Below are positions 37,190 to 48,550 of a stretch of 64,000 nucleotides of DNA, piece by piece. Position 1 is the stretch's first letter. Every line of letters begins with the position of its first letter. The translations under genes and the position numbers were made by a program. Below the pieces are notes generated by a model. It did not search any database, had not been told where the DNA came from, and was given only the letters and a program-made list of their open reading frames with translations. Origin of the DNA: Camelus ferus (Eukaryota). Location of the stretch: positions 44,208,001-44,272,000 of the forward strand of contig NC_045697.1 in the NCBI RefSeq assembly GCF_009834535.1, in the 5' to 3' direction.

Positions 37190-37800
37190 TAAAACAAAAA
37201 ATGAACATCCAGAATCTCTGGGAACAGAACCAAATTCATAGGAGCAATACTATTTCTACCATATTCTTGGTCAAGAAAATCTGAACATGTCATTCACAGA
37301 AGAAAACAAACCCATAGAAAAGGATTCAGCCTCCCTAGTAATCGTGGGAACTTAAAAGCACAAAATCAGGCAAAGCCAGTTAAACTGGTAAAAATACATT
37401 ATAATTACAAAATTAAAATCTGGCCAGGCTGTTGAGAAATCTGTCTTCTCATCCTGACATAAATTAGTCCAATATTTCTGGAAAGCAACATGGCAAATGG
37501 TAGTGAGCCATGGGATAGCACACTCCTTGGCCTGGGAAACATGCATTTGAGACCACAGCCTGGAGAAATAACTCAAAAGAAGGAAAACAGAGGGAAAAAA
37601 CAGAAAAAAAGAAAAATAGAAACATACCTAAAAACTATAAGATTAAAACAAACTATGGTGTAATAATGAAATATAATATTACTATTAAGAATGATAAGAA
37701 TGATTAAAAAATGATAAATTTGTGTATTATGAAAACAGATAGAAAAGCTGATAGAAAATAATGCTAAGTGAAAATACCTTGAGCTGAAATTTTATGGATG
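37190..37800 (+). mobile_element. Old L1 (L1ME-type) fragment
   Basis: Degraded A-rich L1 ORF2 end/3'UTR ('cattcacagaagaaaaca...ttctggaaagcaacatggcaa...aatgctaagtgaaaa'). Confidence 0.55.
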
Positions 37801-39019
37801 TTGACTATGGGTATATTAAAAAAAATGCCCAAACAGCAATAAAGCTAAAAAGAGATGACTCAGTTTTATTACGCGGCAGGATGAGAAGTGAATCTGATCC
37901 TTCGGTTGTTTTGGTGTTAGTATTTAATCGCTCATTACAAACTTGGTTAAAAACACAGTTATGTACACTGAACTATATATTGTAATTTATCGAAGACAGA
38001 AAAGGGGTAGACCCTTCTACCTCCATCTTGTTTGTGACAGCCTCACAGATCGTACCCACGAGCAGGACCAGCACAGAAGTGCCCTCTCGGGGCTGCACAA
38101 CTTCTCTGCTGATTATGCAGAGGGAGCGTGTGATTACCAAGAGCCTTGAGTGGCTGCAGGAGAAAGTCATGTTGGGTTGACTGTCTGGGTCGGCTCCTCT
38201 GATGCCAGAGCTTTTCCTCCTGGGATCTGGTCTTGCACTGTTTGGGGTTTTTTGGGAAGTGAGGGAGGCCAAGTGTTGGCTCCTTTCTCCCCTTGTAAGA
38301 ATTTCCCCCTTGATTAAGCCAACACCACGTTTCCCCATTAGAGGCCTCCTTTTCCTTCTAGTCCGATTCTTCTTGCCCCACAAGCTTGACATCCTCTGTG
38401 GGTTGTCTTTGCTCTTATCCACCTCTAACAGCAACGATTATCCTAATAAAATATAGTCACACATTTCCTCCAAGTAGCTAGATGTTCTTAAAGGTTGAGA
38501 CACAGGCGTCGTTTTATTTCATAGTGGCTTTTTCTTTTTGTCCTTGCACACGTGGAAGCAGGCACTACATGTCACCGGTCCACACATGTTTGCTTCTTTG
38601 CAGCAGCAGGGAGACCTGAAGCTCTGCACTTTGACAGAATTCTGCTTACATCAGACAGTTCTTAAAGTCGGAGGGTGATTGGTCTGGTTCAGCACCATCT
38701 GCTTTCACGGGAAGATTAACTATGCACCTGAGTCCCAGCGTGGAGAGATTCACGTTTCCACCCTCACATGGCCAGAAGATGCTTCATAGCACATGCTGCC
38801 CAAGCACACGAGAGAACGGGCAGGGGTCTTCGTGAGTGTTTACCTGAGAAGTTGTTACAGGGTTCTCAGCCTCTTGTTTCCAAATTCTTTCTCCCCTCTC
38901 TTCCCTTTCTCATATTTTTCTTTTTTTTTCCATCCACAAATTGGAGGCCTTCATATTAATAAGGTAACCCTTACTCAGCATGTGCTGTGCATCAGACATG
39001 CTTGCATATATTAACCTAT

Positions 39020-39358
39020 TTATTTATTTTTATTAAAACATTCTTTATTGAAGTATAGTTGATTTACAATGTGTTAGTTTCTGGTTCACAGCATAGTGAT
39101 TCATTTCTACAGATATACATTCCCTTTCATATTCTTTTTCATTATAGGCTGTTACAAGCTATTGAATATAATTCCCTGTACTAGACAGTAGGACCTGGTT
39201 ATCTATTTTATATATAGCAGTTTGTATCTGCTTGTTCCAAACTCCCAGTTTATCCCTCCCCGCCCCCTTTCTCCCCTCATCGCTGTTAAGTTTATTTTCT
39301 GTGTCTGTGAGTCTTTCTATTTGTAAATAAGTTCATGTGTGTCATTTTTTTAGATTCT
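39020..39358 (-). mobile_element. Truncated lineage-specific L1 3' end inserted into a MIR (MIR ~38960-39545)
   Basis: 'tttattgaagtatagttgatttacaatgtgttagtttctgg...gtaaataagttcatgtgtgtcatttttttagattc'. MIR resumes with 'tatttaatcttcc...gaggaaacaggcaca...aacttgtccaag'. Confidence 0.85.
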
Positions 39359-39664
39359 GTTAAAGTATTTAATCTTCCCAACCGCTACCACTTCACACAA
39401 CTGCCTTCACAACGAGGTGGAAGGAGTCAGTTATTAGCCCTGTTTTATAGCCGAGGAAACAGGCACATAAACCTAAGTAACTTGTCCAAGTTCAGGACAT
39501 GGTGGAACCATGCCGCTGGCCCAAAGTGCAGCCTCAGGGCCCCTGAGCTGTACCAGCTCGTGACAGTGGGCCAGGCCTGGCTTGCCCTTGCTCTGGGAAG
39601 AAAAGACCAAAGCCAGAGTGAGGAGTGAGGTAAAGGGGTGTGTGTGTGGGGGTGGGGGGAGCCT

Positions 39665-39870
39665 GACCTGTTGTCTGTCATTTACTGTATGATTACATCA
39701 CATTGCTTAACCTCTCTGATTCTCGGTTTCTTCATTTGTAAAATTGCAGAATTGTTAATAGTATTTAACTCCTCAGAGAGATGTTGTGATGAGTAAATGT
39801 GTTATAAAGTCCTTAGAGCAGGGGCTGGTGCAGAGTGACTGTGCTTAATAAATGCTAGCCCTTATCATCA
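39665..39870 (+). mobile_element. MIR SINE
   Basis: 'gcttaacctctctgattctcggtttcttcatttgtaaaat...gtgcttaataaatgctagc'. Confidence 0.75.
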
Positions 39871-41536
39871 CTGTCATCTTTCATGCCTGTGTTTGGGGAC
39901 CACTGCTCCACCCTTTTCCCTAGATGGTGGGGATGTAAATGCCACTTCTAACAAGCTCTGGTGCCACTGCTGCTTCTGGTCTGAGAACCACACTTTGAGA
40001 ACCACTGAGGAAGAGAATTCTGAAGCTCTCCCTCTCTTAGCAGCTGGTGTTCCGTTTCTTTCCGTGAGCTCTGTCCCTGGAATATATTCACTTTCTAGAG
40101 TCAGGGGACCCGGGGGCTGTGCCCTAGTTTGCAGGGCTGTCAATAACCAGTGAAAAATACCGCCTTAGAACCTCGCCAGGGCCTGAGTTTTCAGCCTGAC
40201 AGGTGGTGAAGTTTCAACCACGGGAAGACCCAACAGTGAGTAGACTTGGGCTAGCAAATGTTGAACACAGAATATGCACAGAAACACACCTGGATGAGTG
40301 GCTCTGTGGATAGAAACCGCAGGTGATTTTGGAAGTAATAGGAGAGGAGAGAAAAGAATCTTCCTCCCCTGAAGAAGGTCTTTGAGCAAAGATGGAAGTG
40401 GTGAAGGATAGTGAGGGACCCTCATTGCAACATTCATGCCTGGAATTGGGCTTGTAAGAGGCGAAAGCTGGGGGCACCTTGGTCTGATCCACAGATGACA
40501 GCTTGCCTTTTCCAACGTAATAGATGAGATTATATAAATGAGGAAAAAAACTGGGAACTGCAATCATTTTCCTATTTCTGGGGAGGGAGGGGAGTGAGGA
40601 GTATATTGGCCCATTGAGTATCCTTTCAGTTGTGTGGCTGCCGGGTTCACAGGTCTGAATTCTCTCCAGCTCACTCTCTGTCTTAGCAGGTGGAGGGTGA
40701 AGGGGGATCCCCGCCCAGGGCTCCAAACCCAAGAATCCATGCTCATCAGACCCACGCTGCATCCCAGCAGCTGGAGAGGCTCCGTGCAGGATGCAGATAA
40801 GCTCTGAAAATAACAATTCCACTTCAGGCTGCAAGCGCAGAGCTGGGACGTGACGTCAGGTCCCCGATCCTGGGCCCCTGGATGTGGTCTGTACTGTAGT
40901 TGTTGCCGCGGTGATGGTGGCTGCTTCCAGGACTCTCGCAGCCCCAAGCCCTGTCCTGGAGTGGCTCACGGCAGAAGGCTGTGAGAAAGTCCCTCTGCAC
41001 TGGGGAGAGGGGGGAGGAGGGAACGGGTGCTCTCTCCGGGTGGCCTGCTGTGCCCTTACCAGCCCTGCAGCAGAGCTGTCCTCACCAGGCTGGACACGTG
41101 CCAGGCCTCGGCCTGACAGCAGCCTTCTCACCTCAGCTTCCTGGCAAAGGCAGAATAATTTCTGCTTCCAGCTGCAACCAGCTGGCTATGGGGAGAAGGC
41201 ACCCCCAGGGGAGAACTCTGCTGTATCCTCCACACCCGCCATCCTCAGCTCTCAAGAGTGGCAGGCTTGGTCCTCCACATATCAGTCATCCAGCTGAAAA
41301 TGAAAGTGAAAGGAAAGGAATTGAAAAGCACTAGAACACCATGGTGGGGGTGGAGCACGCCAGTCTGGTTGTGGACAGGTCTGCGGGGAGGGCCTTCTAC
41401 ACACCCCAAGCAGAAGGGTTGACTTGCTTGGAGACTATAAGCTCTTGACTGGAACCTTCTCTAGAAGGAGCAGTTTTTCAAGAGTCATGCTTTTTGTATT
41501 CAAGAAGACGATGGTGTGTTTAAAATGCTTTCTCTT

Positions 41537-41619
41537 TTGTTGGTTTTTTTTGGTCTTTTTACATTATAGTTGATTTACAATTTTGTGTTAGTTTTTGGTG
41601 TACAGCATAGTGATTCAGT

Positions 41620-41651
<32 letters not shown>

Positions 41652-42072
41652 CATAATATTTTTCATATTCTTTTTCGTTATAGTTTATTGCAAAATATTG
41701 AATACATCTCCCTGTGCTATACAGTAGGACCTTGTTGTTTATCTATTTTATATACTGTAGTTTGTATCTGCTAATCCCAAAATCACAATTTATCCCTCTC
41801 CTACCCCTTCCCCCTTTGGTAACCATAAGTTTGATGATTGGATAAAGAAGTTGTTTGGATAAACAAAGACACACACACACATACACACACAATGGAATAC
41901 TACTCAGCCATAAAAAAGAATGAATCATGCCATTTGCAGCAACCTGGATGGACCTAGAGATGATCATACTAAGTGAAGTAAGTCAGACAGAGAAAGACTA
42001 ATATCATATGATATCATTTATATGTGGAATCTAAAAAATGATACCAAACAGAAACAGACTCACAGACACAAT
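41537..42072 (-). mobile_element. 5'-inverted (twin-primed) L1 with TSD
   Basis: Minus-strand 3' part 41537-41833 joined to a plus-oriented upstream L1 segment 41833-42072. TSD atgctttctctt at 41525-41536 and 42073-42084. Confidence 0.88.
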
Positions 42073-42896
42073 ATGCTTTCTCTTAAACGTATCCCTTCCA
42101 CGCCTTCTCCCTACTTCTATTTATTGACGACTATTTACTATTCCATTGACAAACTTTTCTTTACTCAGATGTGTGGTGTGCAGAGCTGTGTGCTGGTTGG
42201 GTGAAGCCCAGAGCTGATGGCTGCTCCCGGGGAGCTGACAGTGTAGTGTATCAGACAAAGTATAATACAGGAAAAGGGAACTGACTTCTTACAGGACCCT
42301 CAGTAATTCTAACCTGCTGTTCCCCAGCCACCTGCTCAACCTCCAACTCTGGCCCAGGTTCCGTGCTCCCCAAATGACCCCTTAACTCCCGTAACCATCT
42401 GAGGTACAGCTTCTCTCTTCTGGGAGACCCTACTTTACCCTTCCAGCCCAGATGCATCCCTTTGCCTTCTGAACAACAGTATCCTCGCATCCACAGACTC
42501 AGCCATCTATCACAAGCCTTAGGAATGGAAACCTCTCAGGAACTTGGATTCTTTCATTTCAGGGATGCTGTTTCAGCTTCTGAGGGCTCAAAGATGGTTT
42601 CCTCACAGATGAGGTGGAGAGTGAGGTTCAGAGCTGCCACTCTCTTGGTCTCACAGAACCTCTGGCCCTTCTCCATGCACTTCCATGCCATTCTGCCTCC
42701 CCTCTGCCTGGGCAATCCCCATTCCTTCTCAAAAACCCAGCTCGGAAACCACATCCTCTTTGCAGCCCGCCCAACTTCTCCAGACAGACGCAGTCACTAC
42801 TGCACTGGTGCACAGGTTAGGTCCTCTTTTAGATCCTCATGCTTGTGTTGTGCTGGGAATAACTGGCTGGATTTTGATTTAAAAGACTATTTCTTG

Positions 42897-42950
42897 ACAC
42901 CAGAAATTGACACATTATAACTGACTATACTTCAATTTTAAAAAACCTCA
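42897..42950 (+). mobile_element. Extremely truncated L1 3' tail with TSD
   Basis: 'acaccagaaattgacacattataactgactatacttcaattttaaaaaa' flanked by actatttcttg (42886-42896, 42951-42961). Confidence 0.85.
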
Positions 42951-45846
42951 ACTATTTCTTGGCTTGAGATGTAACCTTTGCAAGTGACCTTCGTGGACGA
43001 TGGGGATGGAATAGTCTTCACTCTGGAAATTGGAGGATCTGCTCTCCTACTGGTTGAAACCTGCTGTAAGTGGGAATGATAAACAACGGTTCTCAAACTC
43101 GCTTACACTTTGTAATCACTGGAAAGCTTTAAAGATACCAGCGCTGCCCCCGGCCCCCCGCCCCAAGATCTGATTTCCAGACACTGTTGAGACAGCTGCC
43201 TGATGACTCTCTTCAGAAAGGAGGAGACCTGTAATTGGTAACTCGGGGGACCTACAATGCCAGGGGAGAACTGTGAGAACGAAAACATGTTAAAGGAAAA
43301 ATAGATAAATAAATAAAAAGACAGGTGGACAAAAACAAGACCTACACAGGTAAATGCAGAATGACGATTCTTAAATGGTCTAACCTACTGGACTAGCAAA
43401 GATGGGGAAAAGATGCAGAGGCGATAAGAGAGACGGTCTTGCTCACTGAAAGCTCGAGGCCAAAGGGGAGAGGCTGAGGGCAGCCAGGCTTCCCCAGACC
43501 CAGGGAAACGCCAGTTGGTGAGGGATTACCTGTGAAGTCAGAACAGTTTTGACTGGCTGCTGCGGGGGAGGGGTGTCTAAGGGGCAGACAGGAAGGACCG
43601 TTCGTTCTCAAAAAACCAAAAGGGAACCAAAGCCTAGAGCATTTCCGTGCCTAGGAGGTGGGAGGAAGAACATTCACAGAGGCTGGGGATGCAGGAGTGG
43701 GCCGGGGTGCACACTGCGAGGGCATCGCCCACTGTGCTTTGGGAGGGTGGCATCTCTTCGTGGACTCTTCCAGAGAGTGTGCAGGTTGCACCCTCTGCAG
43801 CTGGGCAGCACTGTGGCCATGTCCACTGCATATCATTGTTGCTCCCAAATCCCCATGTCCTACATCCATGTTTAGGGTTTCATGTGAAGCCAAGGATGAG
43901 GAGACGTGAGTGGAGAATCTGACAGGTTCCTCTGGTGGGGAAATCCCTCTTCCCTTGGCTGTGAACCCAAGAGCCTCAGGCATGAGATGGGGTGGCCCCT
44001 TGTATAACGCACCCCTAACTTATCATTTGACCACTGTAACGAGAAACCGACCCCACTCCATTAGAGATGGGTCGGCCTCCACCTACCACCTTTGAGGGTA
44101 GGATGAGCCTGGGCAGTGATGATGGGTGCCCTTTGGGACTTGGGAAATGCGGAGGAAAAGGAAAAGCTGTCTTTTTTTCCCTGAACAGTCGAGACTGGTG
44201 TGTGGCATCTCCTAGGGAGAGGGACAGGGTGAGGAGGGTCACAGGAACCCCATGTTCCTGTGACAGGAATGTGCCAAGAAGCACAGGCTTCATCCAGCCC
44301 TGTGAGCTTCAAACTGCAGAGTATAACCTCGTAGTGGCCATGAAGCGCTTTAGTTTGGACTGTGACTGACATCTAAAATATGATAAACAGAAGATACCAG
44401 TGCATTGCCTTTAGTGAGGATTAAGGAGTGTTTTATGAAAATTTTATTCAGTTCTGTGTGTGTGTCCAAGGTTGCAGTGGGTAATATAGTTTACTTCAGT
44501 CTCTAGATTTAATAAATTTTATAAAAATAAAATTTACTTATTTATAAATAATTAAGTAAACAGCTGCCTCCTTCTCAAGCAGAATAAAAACAACCAGTTT
44601 TTTGTTTTCATCATAGAGTCTGGGTAACTCAGATTTGCCTGGTTGGGAAGGTTCTCTTAACCTTGCTGTGAACGTGCAGGGTTATTTTTTTAGTGGCAGG
44701 CGTGCTGGTTGCATGTGCCTCTGAGAGCCTTAGCGAAGGACGCTGTCTCCACTCCACTGGCGAGGGGCCTCGGGGGCCTCAGCAACTTGACAGCCTTCCA
44801 GTTGGCTTCTCCTCGCTTCTTTTCCGTGACTCACCTTGTTACTTGAATGCTACTCCCCTTAGGTTTGGGCCCAAATTAAATGGTTCTTTCTAGGGCTTTA
44901 TCGTCACGAGGCATCGTGTCTTAGAATTTTCATGGATGAGCTAAAGCTGTCACAATAACAAATGGGATAAAACACAAACACCCATGGCACCCAAAGCTGT
45001 CATTTTTGTTTGGCGAGACAAAAAGGTGCTGTTGGGGTACTGTGAGTAATTGATGGTGAAATGAAAAGGAAACTCGGGTATGGGTTTTACCCTCAGAAAG
45101 GTAGTACTGGCTGACGGGGTAGGGGTGTGGTGGCAGTTCTCCTGGGGTTTGAATTGAATTCATATTCAAGGTTTTATGCTAAACATCAAAGCCTTTGTCC
45201 TTCAGTCCCTCCAACGCTGAGAATGGCCTATCATCTCCATTGCATGTGAAGTGGAAAGATTTATTTTTTCCTAAAGCTCAGGGAAGTTACTTTTTTAAAG
45301 CAATAAAGTATTCCAAGGTCTTGATATAGATTACAGGAAAGGCTTTGGCTTCCTTCTTGTGGAACTATTCTAATTTGATTTTTCTTTTTTGTTAAATTGG
45401 CCTTCACGAACCCCCTCTTGAATTCTTCCTGATTATTATCTGAAATACAATGCACCTTCTAACCAAATGCGTCCTCTGTTTTCTCTGCATGGGGGAGGGT
45501 GAAATGCTCTCTCAGGTACCTTTATTGTGCTCATTAGAAAAAATGCAACGTATAGTTTCTTTCAGATCCAGTACGGCCTGCGGGACAGGTTCTGGGGCCA
45601 GAATGTCTGGGTTCTTATCTTCCCACTGCCGCTGGCGGCTCCCACTGCTCACAGTCATGATAATAACAGCAGTTCTAAGGAGATTTATCACCTGTCTACT
45701 GTCTGTCACGCTGTGGACATTCCTCATCTTTAATCCTAAAAACAACCCTTCCAGATTTGTTTTGTTCTATCCATTTTACAGATGAGGAAACTGAGACTCA
45801 GAAATGATCAGAGAAGACAGAAATATAGCCACATGTACATCTTTTT

Positions 45847-45998
45847 AAAAAAATATTTGTTTGTGATTTTTTGTTTGTTTAGGGAGGAGGTAATTAGATT
45901 TATTTAGTTAGTTATTTTAATAGAGGTACTGGGGATTGAACCCAGGACCTCGTGCATGCTAAGCATGTGCTCTACCACTGAGCTATACCCTCCTCCCC
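45847..45998 (-). mobile_element. tRNA-Ala-derived SINE (Vic-1-like), full length with TSD
   Basis: Reverse complement GGGGAGGAGGGTATAGCTCAGTGGTAGAGCACATGCTTAGCATGCACGAGGTCCTGGGTTCAATCCCCAGTACCTC plus tail. TSD tacatcttttt at 45836-45846 and 45999-46009. Confidence 0.93.
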
Positions 45999-46651
45999 TA
46001 CATCTTTTTTCATTACCTCTTTTTTTTATCTGACTTTGCCACTTATTTTAGGGCCTACTTAGTTGTGGGCAGGGAGAAGTATGCCTGTATTTAATCACTT
46101 GAGTGTCATAAAGCAAGGTTTAACACGCATCCTCATGTGCTGGCCCTCTGCATTCTGATTTGGAAGTTTGACAGGTTGGTGTGTTAATGTGTGATGCAAA
46201 AGAAGAAAGGTGAAATTTAGTATCTGTGTGTTGATTTTTAGTGACATTTGTTTCCCCCAAAGTTTTAATATGAACATTTTCAAACACAAAGATTTTTAAA
46301 GAATAATGCAGTGAACACTAGCACATCTAATACTAGAGTCAACAATAATTACCCTTCTGCCACATTTGCTTTATCTGCGTGTAATTTTTTCTCAATCATT
46401 TAAAAGTAAATTGCAGATATTTTTGCCCTTTATTCCTGAATAATTCCACATGCATCCCCTAAAAATAAGGACACTGTCATAAGTTAATAATAATTTATCT
46501 AGCTTGTATTCAAATTTCTCTAGTTGTTTGCAAACTAGCTTTTTAAATTGATTTTTTAAACATATATTCAACGAAGCTTACTGAAATGCATTTGATTGTT
46601 ATTTTTTTCTCTATCTTTAAAATAGACTCTCATCTTTGACATTGACTTTTT

Positions 46652-46729
46652 AAAATTTTAACTTTTGTTTTATTGAAGTTTGATTTACAATGTGTTAGCT
46701 TCTGGTGTACAGCACAGTGATTCAGTTAT

Positions 46730-46785
<56 letters not shown>

Positions 46786-47296
46786 TTTTTATATTCTTTT
46801 TCATTATAGGTTATTACAAGATATTGAATGTATTTCCCTGTACTATACTGTAGGACCTTGTTGTTTAACTATTTTATATATAGTAGTTAATATCTGCTAA
46901 TCCCAAACTCCTATTTTATCCCTCCTATCTTTCCTCCTTAGTAACTATAAGTTTGTTTTCTTTGACTGTGTCTTGTTTTGTAAATAAGTTCATTTGTATC
47001 ATTTTTTTAAGATTCCATATATAAGTGATATGATATTTGTCTTTCTCTGACTTACTTCACTTAGTATGATAATTTCTAGGTCCATCCATGTTTTTGCAAA
47101 TAGCATTATTTCATTCTTTACTTATGGCTGAGTGATATCCCATTATATATATACACATACACACACACACCACATCTTTATCCAGTCATCTGTCAATGGA
47201 CATTTAGGTTGCTTCCATGTCTTGGCTATTGTAAATAGTGCTGCTATGAACATTGGGGTGCATGTATCTTTTCAAATTAGGGTTTTTTTCTGGATA
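46652..47296 (-). mobile_element. Truncated lineage-specific L1 with perfect 16-bp TSD and long (TA)n
   Basis: TSD ttgacattgacttttt at 46636-46651 and 47297-47312. (TA)n ~46734-46782. Ends in ORF2-like 'ttccatgtcttggctattgtaaatagtgctgctatgaacattggggtgca'. Confidence 0.93.
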
Positions 47297-47675
47297 TTGA
47301 CATTGACTTTTTGAAGAGACCAGGCCAATTTCTGTAGAATGTTCCACATTTTGAATTGTCTGCTTGTTCCCTGCCCCATATTCTGTATACTGGGAGCTAG
47401 GTATAAAAGCATATTTAGATGAAAGTAAGCCTATTTGGCACCGATGCATCGACAGTGATGCTATGTGCATCATATTTATTCCATCAAAAGGCATCCAGCA
47501 TCAAGTTCTTCACTATTACTGATGCTAAATTTCATCTCTTGGTTAAGTGTCAGATTCCTGCTTTGTGAAACTTGATTTCCCCCTTTACAGTTAGTAAGAA
47601 GTCTGGGGGATGACACTTTGACCCCATGGGGGTATCCAGCTTCCAACAGTCCTTTGACCTGATGCTTTTAGTATC

Positions 47676-48082
47676 TGTATTAGTTTGCTATGGCAACTGG
47701 AAAAAAGTAGCACAGACTGGGTGGCTTGAGCAACAGGAATGTATTGTTCCATGATTCTGGAGGGCAGAGGCCTTAAGTCAAGGTGTTGGCAGAGTTGGTT
47801 CCTTCTGAGGGCTCCGAGGCAAGGGTCTGTTCCAGGCTTCTCTCCTTGGCTTGTAGATGGCCATCTCCCTGTGTCACTTCACATCGTCTTCCCTCTGTGT
47901 GTGCCTGTGTCCAAAGTTACCCTTCTTAGAAGGACACCAGTCATACTGGATTAGGGCTCACACTGTCCTACAGGGTCCAGCTGTAAAGATCCTGTCTGCA
48001 TATATGGTCACATTCTGGGGGCACCGGCAGGATTAGGACTTCAACTTGCAATTTTGGGGAGACCCAGGTCAACATCATAACG
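47676..48082 (-). mobile_element. ERVL-MaLR solo LTR (MLT1B-like)
   Basis: 'tgtattagtttgcta...cagactgggtggctt...aaggacaccagtcatactggattagggc...catcataacg'. 5-bp TSD gtatc (47671-47675) / gcatc (48083-48087). Confidence 0.85.
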
Positions 48083-48124
48083 GCATCCATTGATGATTCT
48101 TGCTGGAATCCATTATTTATCGGG

Positions 48125-48550
48125 TTCTTAGGTTGGGTTCTTTGGGAAACAGATTCTGTGCTGCAGACTTGTGTGCCGGTTTATGGGGGACCGTGCTTGG
48201 TAACATCTGCAAGAGGATGAGAGAAGCTAAACTGCGGTGTGGTTGCCGCAGAGGCCCCCGTGTCTGCTTTGGGCAGCTCTGGACAGGATGGTCCTTCAGA
48301 GATGAGGCAAACTGAGGCCAAGGCCAGGCCTTTGTAGCCCTGTATCAGCTAAGCATTGCATGCAGGCTGCCCCCAGGGAGGGGCGGAACCTTGGGCTTGG
48401 CAGCTTCCTTCCGTGGAGGGCAGTGTCTAGGGGGAGACTCAGCTGTGAGCTATTAGGCACTAACAGTGCCAGTGGTTGGAGAAATGAGTGCCTGGGTCCC
48501 AAAGGGAAGATTGGTGGAGTTGTCCCCTGACCAGAGCACACGGGGAAACT
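48125..48550. mobile_element. Probable old ERVL-class LTR remnant
   Basis: 'cttaggttgggttctttgggaaacagattctg...gtttatgggg' start resembles old ERVL-type LTR ends. Subfamily uncertain. Confidence 0.45.

Larger units (their letters stand above)
46255..48120 (-). mobile_element. Old L1M 3' region interrupted by a younger L1 and an MLT1 LTR
   Basis: L1M-like 'atgaacattttcaaacaca...aaaagtaaattgcagatat...cctaaaaataaggaca' continues after the insertions ('tttttgaagagaccaggcca...tgtagaatgttccaca', 'catccattgatgattcttgctggaatc'). Confidence 0.65.

Noticed and set aside
37973..38456. 153-aa minus ORF and overlapping 84-aa plus ORF
   Set aside because: No recognisable homology or splice context.
40165..41334. 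Cluster of 91-206 aa ORFs on both strands
   Set aside because: Several non-ATG starts and no recognisable protein family.
44270..44575. Possible DNA-transposon remnant with an AT-rich end (similar doubts at ~48700-48870 and ~49085-49200)
   Set aside because: I could not assign termini or family with confidence, so left unannotated pending a Dfam search.
45921..45992. Genuine tRNA-Ala(AGC) gene (also 3620-3690, 11028-11100, 20735-20805, 30795-30865, 62333-62405)
   Set aside because: Copies carry SINE-type tails, most have TSDs, acceptor stems are imperfect and CpGs are decayed. They are tRNA-derived SINEs.
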